Shown: piece after piece, positions 12,683-26,352 of the stretch | Layout: every line of letters begins with the position of its first letter | How positions within the stretch are numbered: the first letter of the stretch is position 1 | Source: Octopus vulgaris | Lineage: Eukaryota | DNA: 64,000 nucleotides | Reading direction: 5' to 3' | Assembly: GCA_951406725.2 (NCBI GenBank) | Contig: OX597818.1 | Span: 101,246,001 to 101,310,000, forward strand | Made by a program: the position numbers and the translations under genes | Notes under the pieces: model-generated | Databases searched by the model: none | Seen by the model: the letters and a program-made list of their open reading frames with translations, nothing else | Told to the model about the DNA's origin: nothing

Positions 12683-12985
12683 TTATATGCAAACAACATC
12701 TGCCTTGGATTTGTTTTCTGTCTCGTGCATTAATCTTAATATCTTAAAGTACTCTTCCGACAGTTTGGGGAGAGTTATAGCCTGATTCATTTCCGGGTTT
12801 GTGATAATTTTCTTTGTAACTTCTGTGTGATTTTTAAGAGGAAGTCCCTGAAGAAAAAGCAGGCACCTAAATGTGACTGGATTTTGTTCATCCGGTTTAA
12901 ATATCTCGCAATATCTGGACACTCTACCCACGTGTTCAACGTTTGAAATCACGGTGATACAAATTTGTCTGACTTTTATGGGAAT
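12683..12985 (-). mobile_element. Gypsy-type LTR retrotransposon gag remnant
   Basis: ORF VSRYCEIFKPDE..TFRCLLFLQGL...EVTKKIITNPEMNQAITLPKLSEEY resembles the FKCLIFVxGL...LTKLE...ITLQ motif of K02A2.6-like gags (recalled motif, not searched). Confidence 0.55.
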
Positions 12986-14552
12986 TTTTAGACAAGCTAT
13001 ACCACTGATATTATTAGAAACAATTTTAACCTCAAATATTTACATTTAGTCATGTATCTACTATATACATGTGTGTCTATAAGCGTGAGCATATGTATGT
13101 GTTTTGTTTGTGTGTAGTAAATTTGTGAGCATAGAATAGAAGATCCTGTCAGTTCATTCTGATAGAGGCTGACACGTTTAACTTGTTTTTACGAGGACCT
13201 GATAATTGGCCACGGTATAGATATACGATAGCTTTCAAGAGATTAGAGAAAAAAGAGGTAGAAAGAAAAAAGAGAGAGAGAAAAAAGGAGATAGAAGTGA
13301 GGCACGGGGTATGCAATTGTAACGCTTTGTAAAAGGAAGAGTGAATATTTATTTTATGAATGCTGTGCATCAAATCTCCAATGGCACGCACCGTAACAAT
13401 GCGATTTGAGAGGGCGAAGGATCTTGTGATGGTCTAATACTCTACGCCATTATTGTGCACAAGAGATTAGCATAAAATTTCCTTCAAGAGCCTACCTAAT
13501 TCTGGGGTCATGAATGCTACTTTCGCTAAATTTCTCTTGCTACGGAGGCCACTGATTTAATAAAGTTCAGGAAGTCGACAGGAAATGTGGTTTTATGTAC
13601 CCTACAGTACTTGCCATTAAGATTTAATCACTATGGTCTAATTATAAAGTAGAAACATAACTTATTCATAGAATTCATTTCTTATGTTTCTGCAGGAAGG
13701 GGAAAACTTAGTGGCGTAGATCTTGCTGATTCGTTATAACATAACATATGACCTTCATTAGTGTGTGGGCCTATTCTGCTTAACAGAATAGCATGTAAAT
13801 TAGGCATATATCAAAATCAGTAATAAAATTACATATTAGTAATCAGAAAAGATGCCAACGAACATTTAATGCTATAAAGCTTCAAACGGTATTGTTAATA
13901 ATCGAATACATAATAATGATTATATAATTTAAATTGAGATGTGTTAATAATGCTCTGAAACATTCCGACATGTTCTGGTTATAAGAAAAGTACGTAGCCA
14001 GAAACCTTCACTACTATAGGTACAAGGACTGAAATTATAAGGAGATGGTGTTAGTCGACAATATCATCTCTTGTGCTCAACCGGTACTTATTTTATCGAC
14101 CCTGAAAATTGAGAAAGACACAGTCAACCTTACCGGATTTGGAATTCAGATTGTAAAACCGGAAAGAATTCACCGAAACATTTTGTGCTACCTGGCAATG
14201 ATTCTGCAATCTCAGCGAATTTGGGTGATAATTGATAATGATAGTTGATAAAAGTAACAAAAATACAGTATATATATTGTATAGCGCTTGAAACCGTTTA
14301 CTGAATTTCCTCTCCTGTATGTGCCCATACATTAAACAGAAAAGTAACCAAATGTAATATACTGACGGTATTTGAATTTATGTTTTATAGAGACCGTCAA
14401 ACAAAGTGAATCGTAAACTTAGAACTTTTCGTTCACATACTAGCAAAGCGGTATTTCATGCATCCTACAAATTTATGGAGAATAAAACAAGTGTATATAT
14501 GACTGTTCAGGAAAAATACCAAATGGTTCATATTTGAATATCTTATAAAAAT

Positions 14553-14718
14553 AGTTCTATATTGAAGAGATAAGGAATAAGGTACACTATTTACATTTGA
14601 CAGATATTTGTCATTTGGACGGATATTTGTCATTATCTTGTTTGTTGTTAACACAACGTTTCTGCTGATATACTCTCAAGTATCTTGGGGGAAATTTCGA
14701 AACTAAGGTATTTTTCGC

Positions 14719-14720
<2 letters not shown>
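14553..14720 (-). mobile_element. probable 3' half of a short element split by the Dong insertion
   Basis: On the minus strand it follows the (AAT)n tract and contains tatatcagcaGAAACGTTgtgtt, resembling the 3' half of a Penelope-type hammerhead. Pairing with 16411-16452 is inference. Confidence 0.35.
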
Positions 14721-14760
<40 letters not shown>

Positions 14761-14881
14761 CATCATCATCATCATCTTCAGCATCATCATCATCATCATC
14801 GTCATCGTCATCGTCGTCGTCGTCATCGTCGTCGTTGTCGTTGTTGTTGTTGTTATTATTATTTTATTATTATTATTATTG

Positions 14882-14943
<62 letters not shown>
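14720..14943. repeat. compound (TTA)n/(TCA)n/(TCG)n/(TTG)n trinucleotide array
   Basis: Directly visible. Confidence 0.95.
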
Positions 14944-14946
<3 letters not shown>

Positions 14947-16276
14947 TAGTTTTATTTTTATTTTTATAGCGTGCTTTCACTTCACTACCGAGCGCAGCTC
15001 TGTGTGCCTTGGGTATGTGCTGTGATTCGTTGTGATGCTCTGATGGTTATTGTATGGAAAGTGTTCTGCGTAGGATGTGTGCAGTGCCTAGTAGTGCAAT
15101 TTTCTGTATGTTATATGTGTTTGTAAGTCCTGGTGTTTTTGTTAGCTTTTGTTAGCTTTTGTTGTTTCTTCATCTTCTTCTTCTTCTTCTTCATGTTTAT
15201 TAGGTGGTATGGTTTCTTGTTTGTATTTGTCAGCTTCCTTAAATACTGAGAACAGTTTTTTGTTTTGCTCGTGTTTTGCCGCTATCTGGATCAGTTTTCC
15301 TTCCTTCTGAAGTAGATATTTTTGCAGTCCTATGGTGGTTATTTTATAGTAGTTTTCCAGCTGTATAAGGCCTCTACCACCTTCTATACGTTGTATATAT
15401 AGTCTTTCTATGTCAGATTTTGGGTGATGCATCCTAGATCCTGTCATCATTTTTCTTGTTTTCCTGTCTATTTTGGTCAGTTCATTTCGTGTCCAGTTAA
15501 GGATATTGTAACTGTAACTTATAACTGGGACAGCTAAAGTGTTGATACCTATTATCTTGTTTTTAGCATTGAGCTCTGTGTTTAGTATTGATCTAACTCG
15601 TCTATAATATTCTTTTTTTACGTTCTCTTTCATTTGTGTGTGTTGTGTCTTATCTAGTTCATGGATTCCTAAGTATTTGTAAGTTTGGCTTTGGTCTAAT
15701 TCTTTTATTTCATTTGCTTCATCTAGTGTGATGTTGTTACTCTTCACTAGTTTTCCTCTTTTCATGGTTACTTTGGCGCATTTTTCTAATCCAAATTTCA
15801 TATCTATTTCTTTGGTAAATCCATGAACTGTCTTTAATAGTGTTTCCAGCTGTTTGTCATTTGCAGCGTATAGTTTTAGGTCATCCATATATAAAAGGTG
15901 GCTGATCGTTTTGCGTAACATTTATATCCGCATCCAGTTCTATTTAGCATATCAGATAGAGGTGACAGTGCCAAGCAGAAAAGGAGTGGAGAGAGCGTAT
16001 CTCCCTGGAATATTCCTCTTCTAATGGGGATGTCTTTGGTTTTCATGAGTCCCTCTTTTGTTTGGAGGTGTAGGACTGTTTGCCATTTATTCATAGAGTG
16101 CTCTATGAATTTTATGATTGTTGGTGCTACTTTGTTAATGGCTAGTGTTTCGAGGATCCATGTGTGGGGGATGCTATCAAACGCCTTTTTGTAGTCAATC
16201 CAGGCCATACTGAGGCCTTTCTTCTTTCTGTGGCTGTCTTCAGTTATGGCTTTATTAATCATTAGTTGATCTTTAC

Positions 16277-16280
<4 letters not shown>
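14944..16280 (-). mobile_element. young, 5'-truncated, internally deleted Dong/R4 LINE with RT domain
   Basis: AWIDYKKAFDSIPH, GIFQGDTLSPLLF, HLLYMDDLKLYA, FGLEKCA, YKYLGI, HHPKSDIERLY..GGRGL. One frameshift near 15913. C-terminus IQKIALLGTAHILRRTL and 3' UTR present; (TAA)n on both sides. Confidence 0.95.
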
Positions 16281-16345
<65 letters not shown>

Positions 16346-16410
16346 CATCATTATTATTATTATTATTATTATTAATAGTATTATTTTTATTATTATTATT
16401 ATTATTATTA
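16281..16410. repeat. (TTA)n array
   Basis: Directly visible. Confidence 0.95.
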
Positions 16411-16452
16411 TGGTCACTGCCTGGAATCGAACTCGGAATCTTGGGGCTAGTA
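16411..16452 (-). mobile_element. truncated tRNA-like SINE head (B box)
   Basis: Minus strand ccccaagattccGAGTTCGATTCCaggcagtgacc directly followed by (ATA)n. Confidence 0.55.
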
Positions 16453-17152
16453 AAGTTGGTGTCATAGACGTAACGAAAATGCCATATAAAATACGATTTT
16501 CTCGCAACTATATATCATTAAACAACTGAAATCTAACAGAAGTACAAATTTAAGGAAACACATTTTAAGATACAGTAAGAACGAAAAAGTAAAAGTTGTC
16601 AGTGAACAACACATACACATTAACACATCGCACCTTTAAGCACCTAGCAATATCATTAAGGTTTCGACACCTTCATAGTCACATTCAATCTGACAGCGCG
16701 AAAAGTGTTTAAAGAATGAGCACCACCAGGTAATGAACAGTAAACCAACAACGACAATATGCCCATTTACACCTGCGCATTTTTACACCACATAACTACA
16801 AGTATCAAATCTGAAATATAAATCGTCACATGGCGATAACTATAAAGCAAAGAAACTGTAAATAAAACATATGCAAAAGAGATACACATCAAATCGAGTA
16901 CTGACACCGCAAGAACTTCTGCACTTCGAAACTATAAAACATTAAAATTAAAGCGTGTTAAACTTATTCAAAGGAAGTAATCGATCATATTTTAAAATAT
17001 CCTTTACTTCTACATAAAACGGAAAATAATAATAACCTAAGGAATAAAGAACGTAGAACTGGAAACCTAATAAGCGTATTGATATTGTTAAATAAATAAC
17101 CTAAATAATAAACTTTACACGAAAATATATACACAGATATATGTGAAAATTC

Positions 17153-17295
<143 letters not shown>

Positions 17296-17589
17296 GAGTG
17301 AGAGAGTGAGCGAATCAGACAGGCAAATAGAAGGACAGCCAGAGTGAGAGAACGAGGGAGGGAGAGATAAAGACGGAGATGGAGATAATGTGAAACGAAC
17401 AGTATTTTGGGAAGTCTTCGTTTCCTCATCACTATACATAATAGAATATGTTTCAGTAAATTATAATAATGATAAATTGGATACCTCTGAAGCCACTACT
17501 TTCCCTCGTATATTGAATGATCGTACAATGTCATGTCTTTAAAAAATACAAAGCAAAACAACCTTACAGTCATAGAATTTGATATCGAA

Positions 17590-18150
17590 AGTTGAACGAT
17601 ATTATTTCTGTTGACAAATGTGGTTTCAAATTATTTCAAACTCTTTTCCCTCCTCTCTCCCCCACTCGCTCTCCCTATATATATAAATGGCGAAAATCTG
17701 TTAGAAATCCTCCAGGAAAGCGAAGCAATGTACGTTGCTCGACGAAAATAAAAGTTTGGAGGTATAAATCTGATGCTTTGTGAATAGATGATGATTCAAG
17801 AAAGTTGGTTAAAATTGACGGTAGCTTGAATAGTGCCAAATATATCCAGTTGCTGAGCACAATTTGTTATCAGACTTGGATGAAGGTGAGTTGTTTCAGC
17901 GTGACGGAGCACCAGGCCACAGATTATGTGCCGTACAACACAGTCTGTCTGATGAAAGTGTTACTGTACTGAAAGATTGGCCAGCTCATAGCCCTGACTT
18001 AAATACCATCGAGCAAATGTGAAGTAAACTAAATAAAAGAGTTCGCCAGAAGATTCCATGCAACCATGAAAAGTTATCGGAGCTCAGGTGCAGGGAATTG
18101 CATCTCACACTGGCGAAGAATTTGAACGCATCTCTTCCTAGGCGCAGTCC
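17590..18150 (+). mobile_element. Tc1-family transposase catalytic-domain remnant
   Basis: LVKIDGSLNSAKYIQLL, ELFQRDGAPGH, LKDWPAHSPDLNTIEQM (QQDNAPxH and WPxxSPDLNPIE motifs), with stops and frameshifts. Confidence 0.85.
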
Positions 18151-19315
18151 TTGAAAGAGCCATTTTGCTATCCCATTTTGCATGCATTAATTCTTTTTAC
18201 CTCGCATAAATTCAATGTTAATGTGTGAAAACTTCATGAGAGAAAATATAACATCGTTTTCCCTACAACAAAGTACTAGAAATTTCCGCTGTATATGTTT
18301 TCTACAACACGGCCTTAAATTGTGTGACATATTCAACTTAAAGATATATATATAACATGTCTCTTTCAGATGAATGTTTAGCACTTTCTGCGTAATAGGT
18401 TATTTCCCAGCATACATTATGCTATTAACACAAGATGCCATTAATTTAAAAACAGCAGGTAAATATATTCTGCAAGTAAAACACAAATTTGTTGTAGTCG
18501 AAGTTGGATGACATTTTCCTAAAGGCAATCTGTCTGAAGATCATGAATAGTGTGTTCCTTATCTGAAGACAATCGATAAAACCTTTGGCAATAGGTTGGC
18601 TTTCGATGAACGACGGCGTACTATAAATATAACATGCATACAATCTTGCTCAGCAAATGATATAAGCTTTACTTTTCTTTCAATAAGTTACAAATAGTAC
18701 AACGTATCTTTCATACTGATTTTTATCAACTTCCAATGCGCTTACCACTTGTGTCTTTTTATCCGATTTTAAGGAACGAGAACTTTTTGGATTTCAGTGT
18801 TTGTTGCCATAGAAATTTGCGTATACACAAATTATAATATTAATTGCTTGATTAGATTAATAAGCAACGCGTAAAAAGACAATTGATAATTCATAGGATA
18901 TTCAATGCGATCTTACGAAAAATAAAAATACATATAATCACGTGTTTGAGAAAAGAGATACACAGAAATAGGATTTTGATTTGATAGCGTGGCGTCTTAA
19001 ACGAGTGAAAGTTATAGACTATAATGGACCATAAGAAAGAAAACTAGCTAAAGAGAAACAAGCTGGAGACCTGTCAGAGAGTATGCACATGTATTGACAG
19101 TCTGATTGTTTCTAAGAATAGCAGTAAATGTACGTGAGTCTCTGAAATGTTTAGCCAATCACCACGAATACAATGTGTAGGTCATTCTGGTGATTCAGTA
19201 ATTGGAACACTGACGGCTGGATTAGATGTAAATACATTCACACAACTAAAAGCCATACGCATTTGTAAATATATATATATATATATATACATATTTATAT
19301 ACATACATATACGAA

Positions 19316-19386
<71 letters not shown>

Positions 19387-20123
19387 GTCTTTGACAGAGA
19401 GTTGTGAGAGGAAGACAGCGATATATAAACAGAGAGGGAGGAAAGAGAAAAGAGATTATACGGATAAAGAAAGAAATAAAGAAACTTGGACAGGACAATG
19501 AATGTGATATACTGATATTTAGAGAGAAATGTGTGATAGATATTGAGAAATGTACATTTTCCTTCGTAAATGAGTGTTTTCTATATAAACCTAGACAACG
19601 AGATAAGACAAAGCGTTGTAGGTAATTTTGGCAAATGCTATAAAAGGAACACTTTACCATCCATCAATATCTTGTCGTACACAGAAATAAACTCTTAGTG
19701 CATCCATTGTTGCATTTGTTTATATAAATCCAACAAAGATTATTTTAAGTGTTTTCGTCTGAATAGAATTCGTTTAATAAATATTTATAGTACTTATCGT
19801 TTGTGCTGCTGTGTGTGGCTAGAGCGGACTCTTATAAGGTAGATCATGAATCTGAAGATAATAACAATACAAAAGCTGTAATATACACACTTATCAGGGC
19901 AATTTCTGTCCGTTTCATTGTAGTCACTGCTGTGTAAATTTGATTGGTACTATAGTGTAAGGCAACAATGCAGAGGAGTTGGTAGTTATTAATTTGCGTC
20001 CACTGCGAGCTCTTTCGCTGCCAAAATCTCATGTTTAACTAACAAACGAATATACAAATACGCGAACACATTGACTTGGACCGAAATGTGCTTGTCCAAA
20101 TATACACGTATATCATATACGAA

Positions 20124-20208
<85 letters not shown>

Positions 20209-20399
20209 TCACTGTCTCTCTTTCTCTCTCTCTCTGTATATATATATATATATAAGTCAAAGAAGTTAGCATCTAACATCTGACCCCTGTAAAATGGATC
20301 AAACCATTAAACTCACTACACAACATCTTACCTCCACTATTTCTCCCACTATAATTGAAACACTATGTATCCCACAGCCTGTTTCCGACGCCACAGCCG

Positions 20400-20515
20400 G
20401 CAAATAATGCGATAGAATAAACACTAGGCTTACAAGAATAAGTCATGTGGTCGATTTCTTCGAATAACACCATTTAAGGTAGTGCTCCAGTATTGCTGCG
20501 GTCAAACGAACATAA
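20400..20515 (+). mobile_element. family A SINE 3' fragment
   Basis: gatagaataa..ctaggcttacaagaataagtc..gtcgat..gtgctccagta matches the reverse complement of 32870-32965. Confidence 0.7.
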
Positions 20516-22218
20516 ACATATATATAAATATATCATCTCATTCTCCTCCAGCAAAAGACAAAGAACAAAAATTTTGCTACCAATTACATATATTTTGCAC
20601 CAAGGGTTTCTGGAATTATCAGAAATATAAATCCGTGTTATTACCTATGGAAATGTAAAGGTCTATTATCATAAGGTCCGGTACCTAACATGATCAATGG
20701 GAAGAAATTACATTCACTAGAAAATCAAGCGCGTGATATAGAATGGTTGTAACCTTCAGTTAAATTGCATCAGATGTACTCTCGTGCCTTCTGTAAGTTT
20801 ATATGTATATAGGTTTGTACAAAGTAAGTGACGGTATTATGATCTTTTCACTCCTTAAATTAACCATTTCGTGAAACAATTTAGAATAATTTGAACCTGT
20901 CACCGAAATTTTACAATACTTTTTTTTAACCATAGAGACTTATGCTAAAATCTATACGACAGCAATAACCAATTTCGTGAGGGCAACGTAACTATCAAAT
21001 AACCAAGTGTTAACCTAAGCTTGCATGAATAAGATCCAAGATGGAGCTATCTCCCGTTTTCCTGGAAATATGGCTGAAAATTTACAGCGCCTCATATAAC
21101 TTAGAAGTTACCAATAACTGGATGTATATAAGTATAAGAAACCATAAATTGGGTAAAATGAGGATACTATTAATACATCTGTATTTGGCCACCTGTATTC
21201 GGCCACTTTTATTTGGCCATCTGTATTTTCCCAAGACCGTAAACAATCAGTTTGTATTTTGCGTATTTGCTGAAATTACACATGTGCAAATTTTTACGGT
21301 CGTCTCATCAAGATATATTAGTGTCTTAAACTATGAGGCAATTGAGAGAACAAACGCTTCCTAATAGTTTTCAGGCCAACGTATTTTTTATGTAATCAAA
21401 TATAATCTTGAACATTTTCAGTCACTGTTATCAACGTTTCGCATGGATTAAAGGAATTTTATCAGTTTCAAGCTGTTCTAGCTATGAGCTTGTAGACCTT
21501 CAAAATTTATACTGTATTTATTTTAAATACGAAGCTGAATAAAAGTTAATACATAAAATAAACATAATTTAACCGAATTTCCGATCCAGGCATTTAATAC
21601 ATGTTATTACTATATAACAGGATACAGAATTGTAAATACAGTCCATGAGGTCCCAAAAATATATAGTGGTAAAAATGTTCCTTTTAGTGTTATTTCATGA
21701 AACAAAACACAAATGCAGGTTGCGTCATAAAATCTATTTAAAAGAGTTTATAATTCTTGATAATACTTACGCCTACACTGGAAGGAAATAATTTCAATTT
21801 GAAAGAAGAAAATTTGGTCTTCGATTGGGTTTGGTAGTGTGTCAGTTTGACATGAAATCAAAATTGAAAAGTAAATTAAAAACGATCGTCCAGGTCAGAA
21901 CGCTCTAATTCTTACTGAACGACACCTTATGAAGAGTTGGAGAGCTTCCGTTGTTATGTAAGTTTACGAATGGAAAAAAATAAACAGAGAATAGTTTCCT
22001 CCTAATGAATGTTTAAAAACTGTAAACATAGGAACAGTGACAAACACACATATACTGAATTCTTGCTGATCTCACTGTGGATTTTTACATGTTTTAATGC
22101 ATGCGCAAACAAAGAGAAAGCTGATTTAGAAAACTAATTATCAGGGATTTTTTTCATACCGAAACATTTCATAAACCATTCAATTTTGTCAAGACTGAAT
22201 TCTACAGCATGACATTTG

Positions 22219-22283
<65 letters not shown>

Positions 22284-24429
22284 TGTACGACTCTCTTACT
22301 CTTTCTTTCAGCCCCTTCACACTTACTTCGTTTTTTTTTCCACTTTTCTTTTTCTCGCTTCCGCTCTCTAACATTTCTTGGCCTTCCCTTCATTCTCACC
22401 TCCCCGTCTCTTTTACCCCACTCTGTCACTTTTCTATTTATAGGGTAGATTCAGTATAGGGTTGATTCAAAGAAACCCGTTGTTAGGTTCGCAATGACAG
22501 GCGCTGCTGTTGTTTCCATCGCAATACCGCATTTTTGGCGGTAGTATGTTGCATTGAATAGGAAACGCACATATCATGAAATAACTGTATACATAAATCT
22601 ATCTGATGCAATTTACAATATTGTTATATGTATGTATATATATATATACATATATATACTATAATTAACAACGTAAATAATGGTGTAACAGTTTATAGTA
22701 AGATTATATATAATAAACCTAAATTTTATAGCACCCTTGAATGGTCGAACCTACTAAAAAGTAATTCTAATCTGAGGTTTTCCTCCTATTTTTATTTTAT
22801 TAAAATGTTTGAGCTTATAATATTTATTATATTGTTTATTGCCTGGGATTTAAAATTAATCAAATGATGGGGGATTTTTTAAGTGTAAGTTATTCCCGCG
22901 GGCATAAATCACTCTAAAGTAAAAATATCAATGAGTGTGAAATATAATAGGAATACCATTAAAACCAGTATTTATCAAGTTTAGTGTGTGCCTCTAATTT
23001 AGTCTTATCATCATTTAAGCATGAATATTTACCCTCGTCTCTGTATTCACAACGAGGGATAAAGAAATATAGAAATAACATTGATTTATTAAGTACAACT
23101 TTCAAAGTATCACACTATTATAAGTCCATGAATTTGAGTGTGACAGAGAATGTAAAAGAAAATAATTTAACAAATGTTATGATATAGAAAGAAAATAGAT
23201 ATCACGCAGTTGGTTTGTTTGCTTTTTATGATAAATCTCTTTAAACAAACCATCAGGCAGAAAAGCACAGAGATAATGATTCAGATGGTGAAGATGATAA
23301 TGATGATGATGATGAGGATGATGAGGATGATGATGATGATGATGATGAGGAGGAAGTGAGTGGTAGTGTTGATGCAATTGATGACATTGATTGTTGTACT
23401 AGTGGTGGTGTTGGTGGGAGATGATGATATGGGAGGCAGTGCTAATGGTGATGTTGATACTGATGACGAAGATATGATGATGAGGGTGACTGTACTGTTT
23501 ATAACAAAAGACCCAGGAAGAAGAGTGAAGAATACAATAAAGCGCTGGTGGTTTTGCCTAAAGAGAAGGAAAAGAATTTTATAAACTGAGGAAATCCATT
23601 TATCATCGAATTTAAAAGGGAATAGTCACAGAAGAGAGTTTCACTAACACATAAAGATAAGTATAAACATATCCTTACAATCCATTCATATGTAATGTGG
23701 AATGTATCCATTGATTTAACAACGTCTTTCTGTAAAAGACATATATTCACACAATGCACTGATTACACTCGCATGCATTTATTGAAACGCTCGTTTACAT
23801 TCTGATATATGATCATGTATGCGTTTGCATAATTGCATAGAAACACATACGAAACTATATATTCCTCTTGGTTTTCTCAGCTCTTTCTCTCTATTACCCG
23901 TTGGGGACAATTCCTAATCATATTCGTTCTCCATATTCAACATTATTACCCACAAATCACATTTCCAAACATATAAACTGCTTTGACCCAACTTAAGTAC
24001 TTTTAAGTACATTTTCGCTTTTCATCGTACGTGCTTCGATTATCTCAATCATTCTCGCTAACTTTAGCCATTCAGCCACCACACGGCATTTTCTTATGCT
24101 TCATCCTTTGCTTCTGTGCTGTGAGTTATCACTTGTTTCAATGGTCACTCATCCATCTGTAAATACTTTCCACACATACATGCAACAATTACCCAACTAC
24201 ATTTTCCGTATTTCTGCTTTCGTACTCCCATAACTTCACCTATTTCACAGGATTTGGATATCTCGACATACACTCACTACTATTTGCATTTATCAATCAC
24301 GTTTCAGTTACCTCTTTCTTCGTTATACAATGTAAAGTAATGTACCTCTTCTATAAGAAGACGACAACCATAAAATCTCTCACTCTCTCTCTCTCTCTAT
24401 TTTGTTGCTGGTTTATAGGAATTAACAAC

Positions 24430-24960
24430 AAATAAATGCTGTGAATTTGCAGAACATTGAAAATTTGCAGAACATTGAGAATTCTACTGGTAGGATTAGT
24501 GTAAATGAATTTTGAATACCGATCTTACTAGCAAGATTGTATTAGATGAAGTTGTTGGCGCTACAAAAATAAATCTAGGACGAAGTGAAGGATTTGAAGA
24601 ACATGATGGACAAGATAAACTTATTGGGGATTACAGAGCTGAAGCCATAAATGGGCAAAGCTATATCTCTGGGATAAATCCAGTGCGTTCGCAAAATACT
24701 GTCGTCAGTATGATATCTGAAGAATCAGCGTCCGTTTCAATGGCCAGTGAATGATTTCTTCATTTATCTCACCGAAAAAAAGTTGCTGAAGATTTATCTA
24801 TGTGTTCAGTGAAGTGATGAAGAATAGAGAGGATCATGTTCAAGGCCCTTCTGGAAGGTCTATAGGCTAATAATCTCAATGACAACTCCCCCTTTATTAG
24901 AGAATCAGCTATGCTCAAAGAGAAGGAAACATTTCATCGACGTCTTAGTTTTTTCCAGAT
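24430..24960 (+). mobile_element. probable pogo/Tigger transposase C-terminal remnant
   Basis: EVVGATKINLGRSEGFEEHDGQDKLI resembles the Tigger GGEGF(E/Q)D motif; heavily decayed. Confidence 0.35.
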
Positions 24961-25424
24961 AAAACTAATTATCATACAAAAGTGGCATCGCCATTTCATT
25001 TTACAGTGAAGTTTTATCAGCTCCATGCATAAATGTAATTCATTTACTGTTCAATATTATCTAATTTTCAAAGAGTTATAATTACTGCGAATTATAAAAA
25101 GTTTTTCAGACGTTTTCACATAATATTTTAAACAAAATCTAATTGCAACTATTTTTTGTGTTGAAGATGTACTGAGGGTTGCCTAGGCTGATATTTAAAC
25201 CTGGAACTTTAGGAAATAAACTTATAAAATGTATAATAGTAGCACTGCTCACAACACTACTTACAATCTCAGGAATATGATGCCAGCTTAGAACAGTTCA
25301 TGTCTTACTAGAAGATCGCTACAGAAAATTTAATGTGAAACAATTCCAAACAGGAAAAAATTTCAATGGTGATTCTAATCACTGCTCTATTTTGTCAAGG
25401 AAATAAAAGCATGGAGTTAATGAT

Positions 25425-25750
25425 AACAAGAGCACTCAGAGAGCGCAAACCTCCGCCAAGGCAACACCAACGATGAGCACGTGATGATTTTTAAAATAAG
25501 AATACTTGGAATAAAATCTACTGCTCTCAGAAACGAGAATACTAAAAATGAAATCGACCGCTATAAAAAATTAAGTAAAAAAAACAAGAAAGATAATACA
25601 GAATGTTTGCCCGATAGTGAATCGAGCCCAAAATCTAATCAGTTCGTGCCATTCACGAGGCCAAACATCCCTGAAAGTTTCATCCGAATCCATCCAAACA
25701 AACAAATATGACTGAAAACGTTACATCCGCATTAGCGAAGGCGGAGGTAA
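25425..25750 (-). mobile_element. Helentron-associated element (HINE/DINE-1-like)
   Basis: Subterminal IRs ACCTCCGCC / GGCGGAGGT, short palindrome GCACTC-aga-GAGCGC at one end, hairpin + (CAAA)n at the other; homologous to 28919-29266 and 62540-62738. Confidence 0.8.
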
Positions 25751-26222
25751 CAGATGCAAGTGACAGGAGATTTCATTTCAGCTAACTTAAAGTCATTGTT
25801 CATAATCAAATTTGGCAGCGAATCCCTCCAGGTTTGATGCATATCGAGGAAACAAATTCAGAAAACATTTTAATCAAAACTTGATGGACATGTTGACGAG
25901 ATTTTCGGTGAAGGATGAAATTTCTTCAGATAAATATACGAAATATAAGCTGTTTGTCTTTTATTCTTAACTTCGATATATTTAGGTAAATTAGAATAAA
26001 TGTATATAGACATATATATTCATATATAAGTATATATGTGCGTGTGTCTTTATGGGTGTGAATATATATGTCTATGTATGTAGGTATGTATACAGGTATC
26101 ACATCGACGTGTGTGGCGCTAGAATGTGTATTATAGTGCCGAAATTATTGAACGACTTGTTTCTGCTATCTGTGTTATGTGACATATAACTCTTAGTACA
26201 TGGTTTTAAAAATCATATACAG

Positions 26223-26352
26223 GATTAGGACATGATATATGCTGTAGCTCAAATGAGATGGTTGTTGGTGTGTGCAACGCCTCTGGGCGTTCAGCGTCGA
26301 CATTCCGTCATATATCACCTGAACAATTGCATGAAGACAATCCAAGGCAGTG
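26223..26352 (+). CDS. candidate exon (GLGHDICCSSNEMVVGVCNASGRSASTFRHISPEQLHEDNPRQ; an alternative acceptor at 26248 gives another open frame)
   Basis: GC-elevated island, strong GTG|GTAAGT donor, open frames; acceptors weak. Confidence 0.3.

Noticed and set aside
17945-17991. CTGATGA-stem-GAAA hammerhead-like match
   Set aside because: Lies within the Tc1 transposase frame (VLKDWPAHSPDL); weak stems and no G10.1-C11.1 pair; probably chance.
21765-21795. 7-nt minus-strand microexon (ttccttccag|TGTAGGC|gtaagt)
   Set aside because: Not frame-preserving, no supporting context, expected occasionally by chance.
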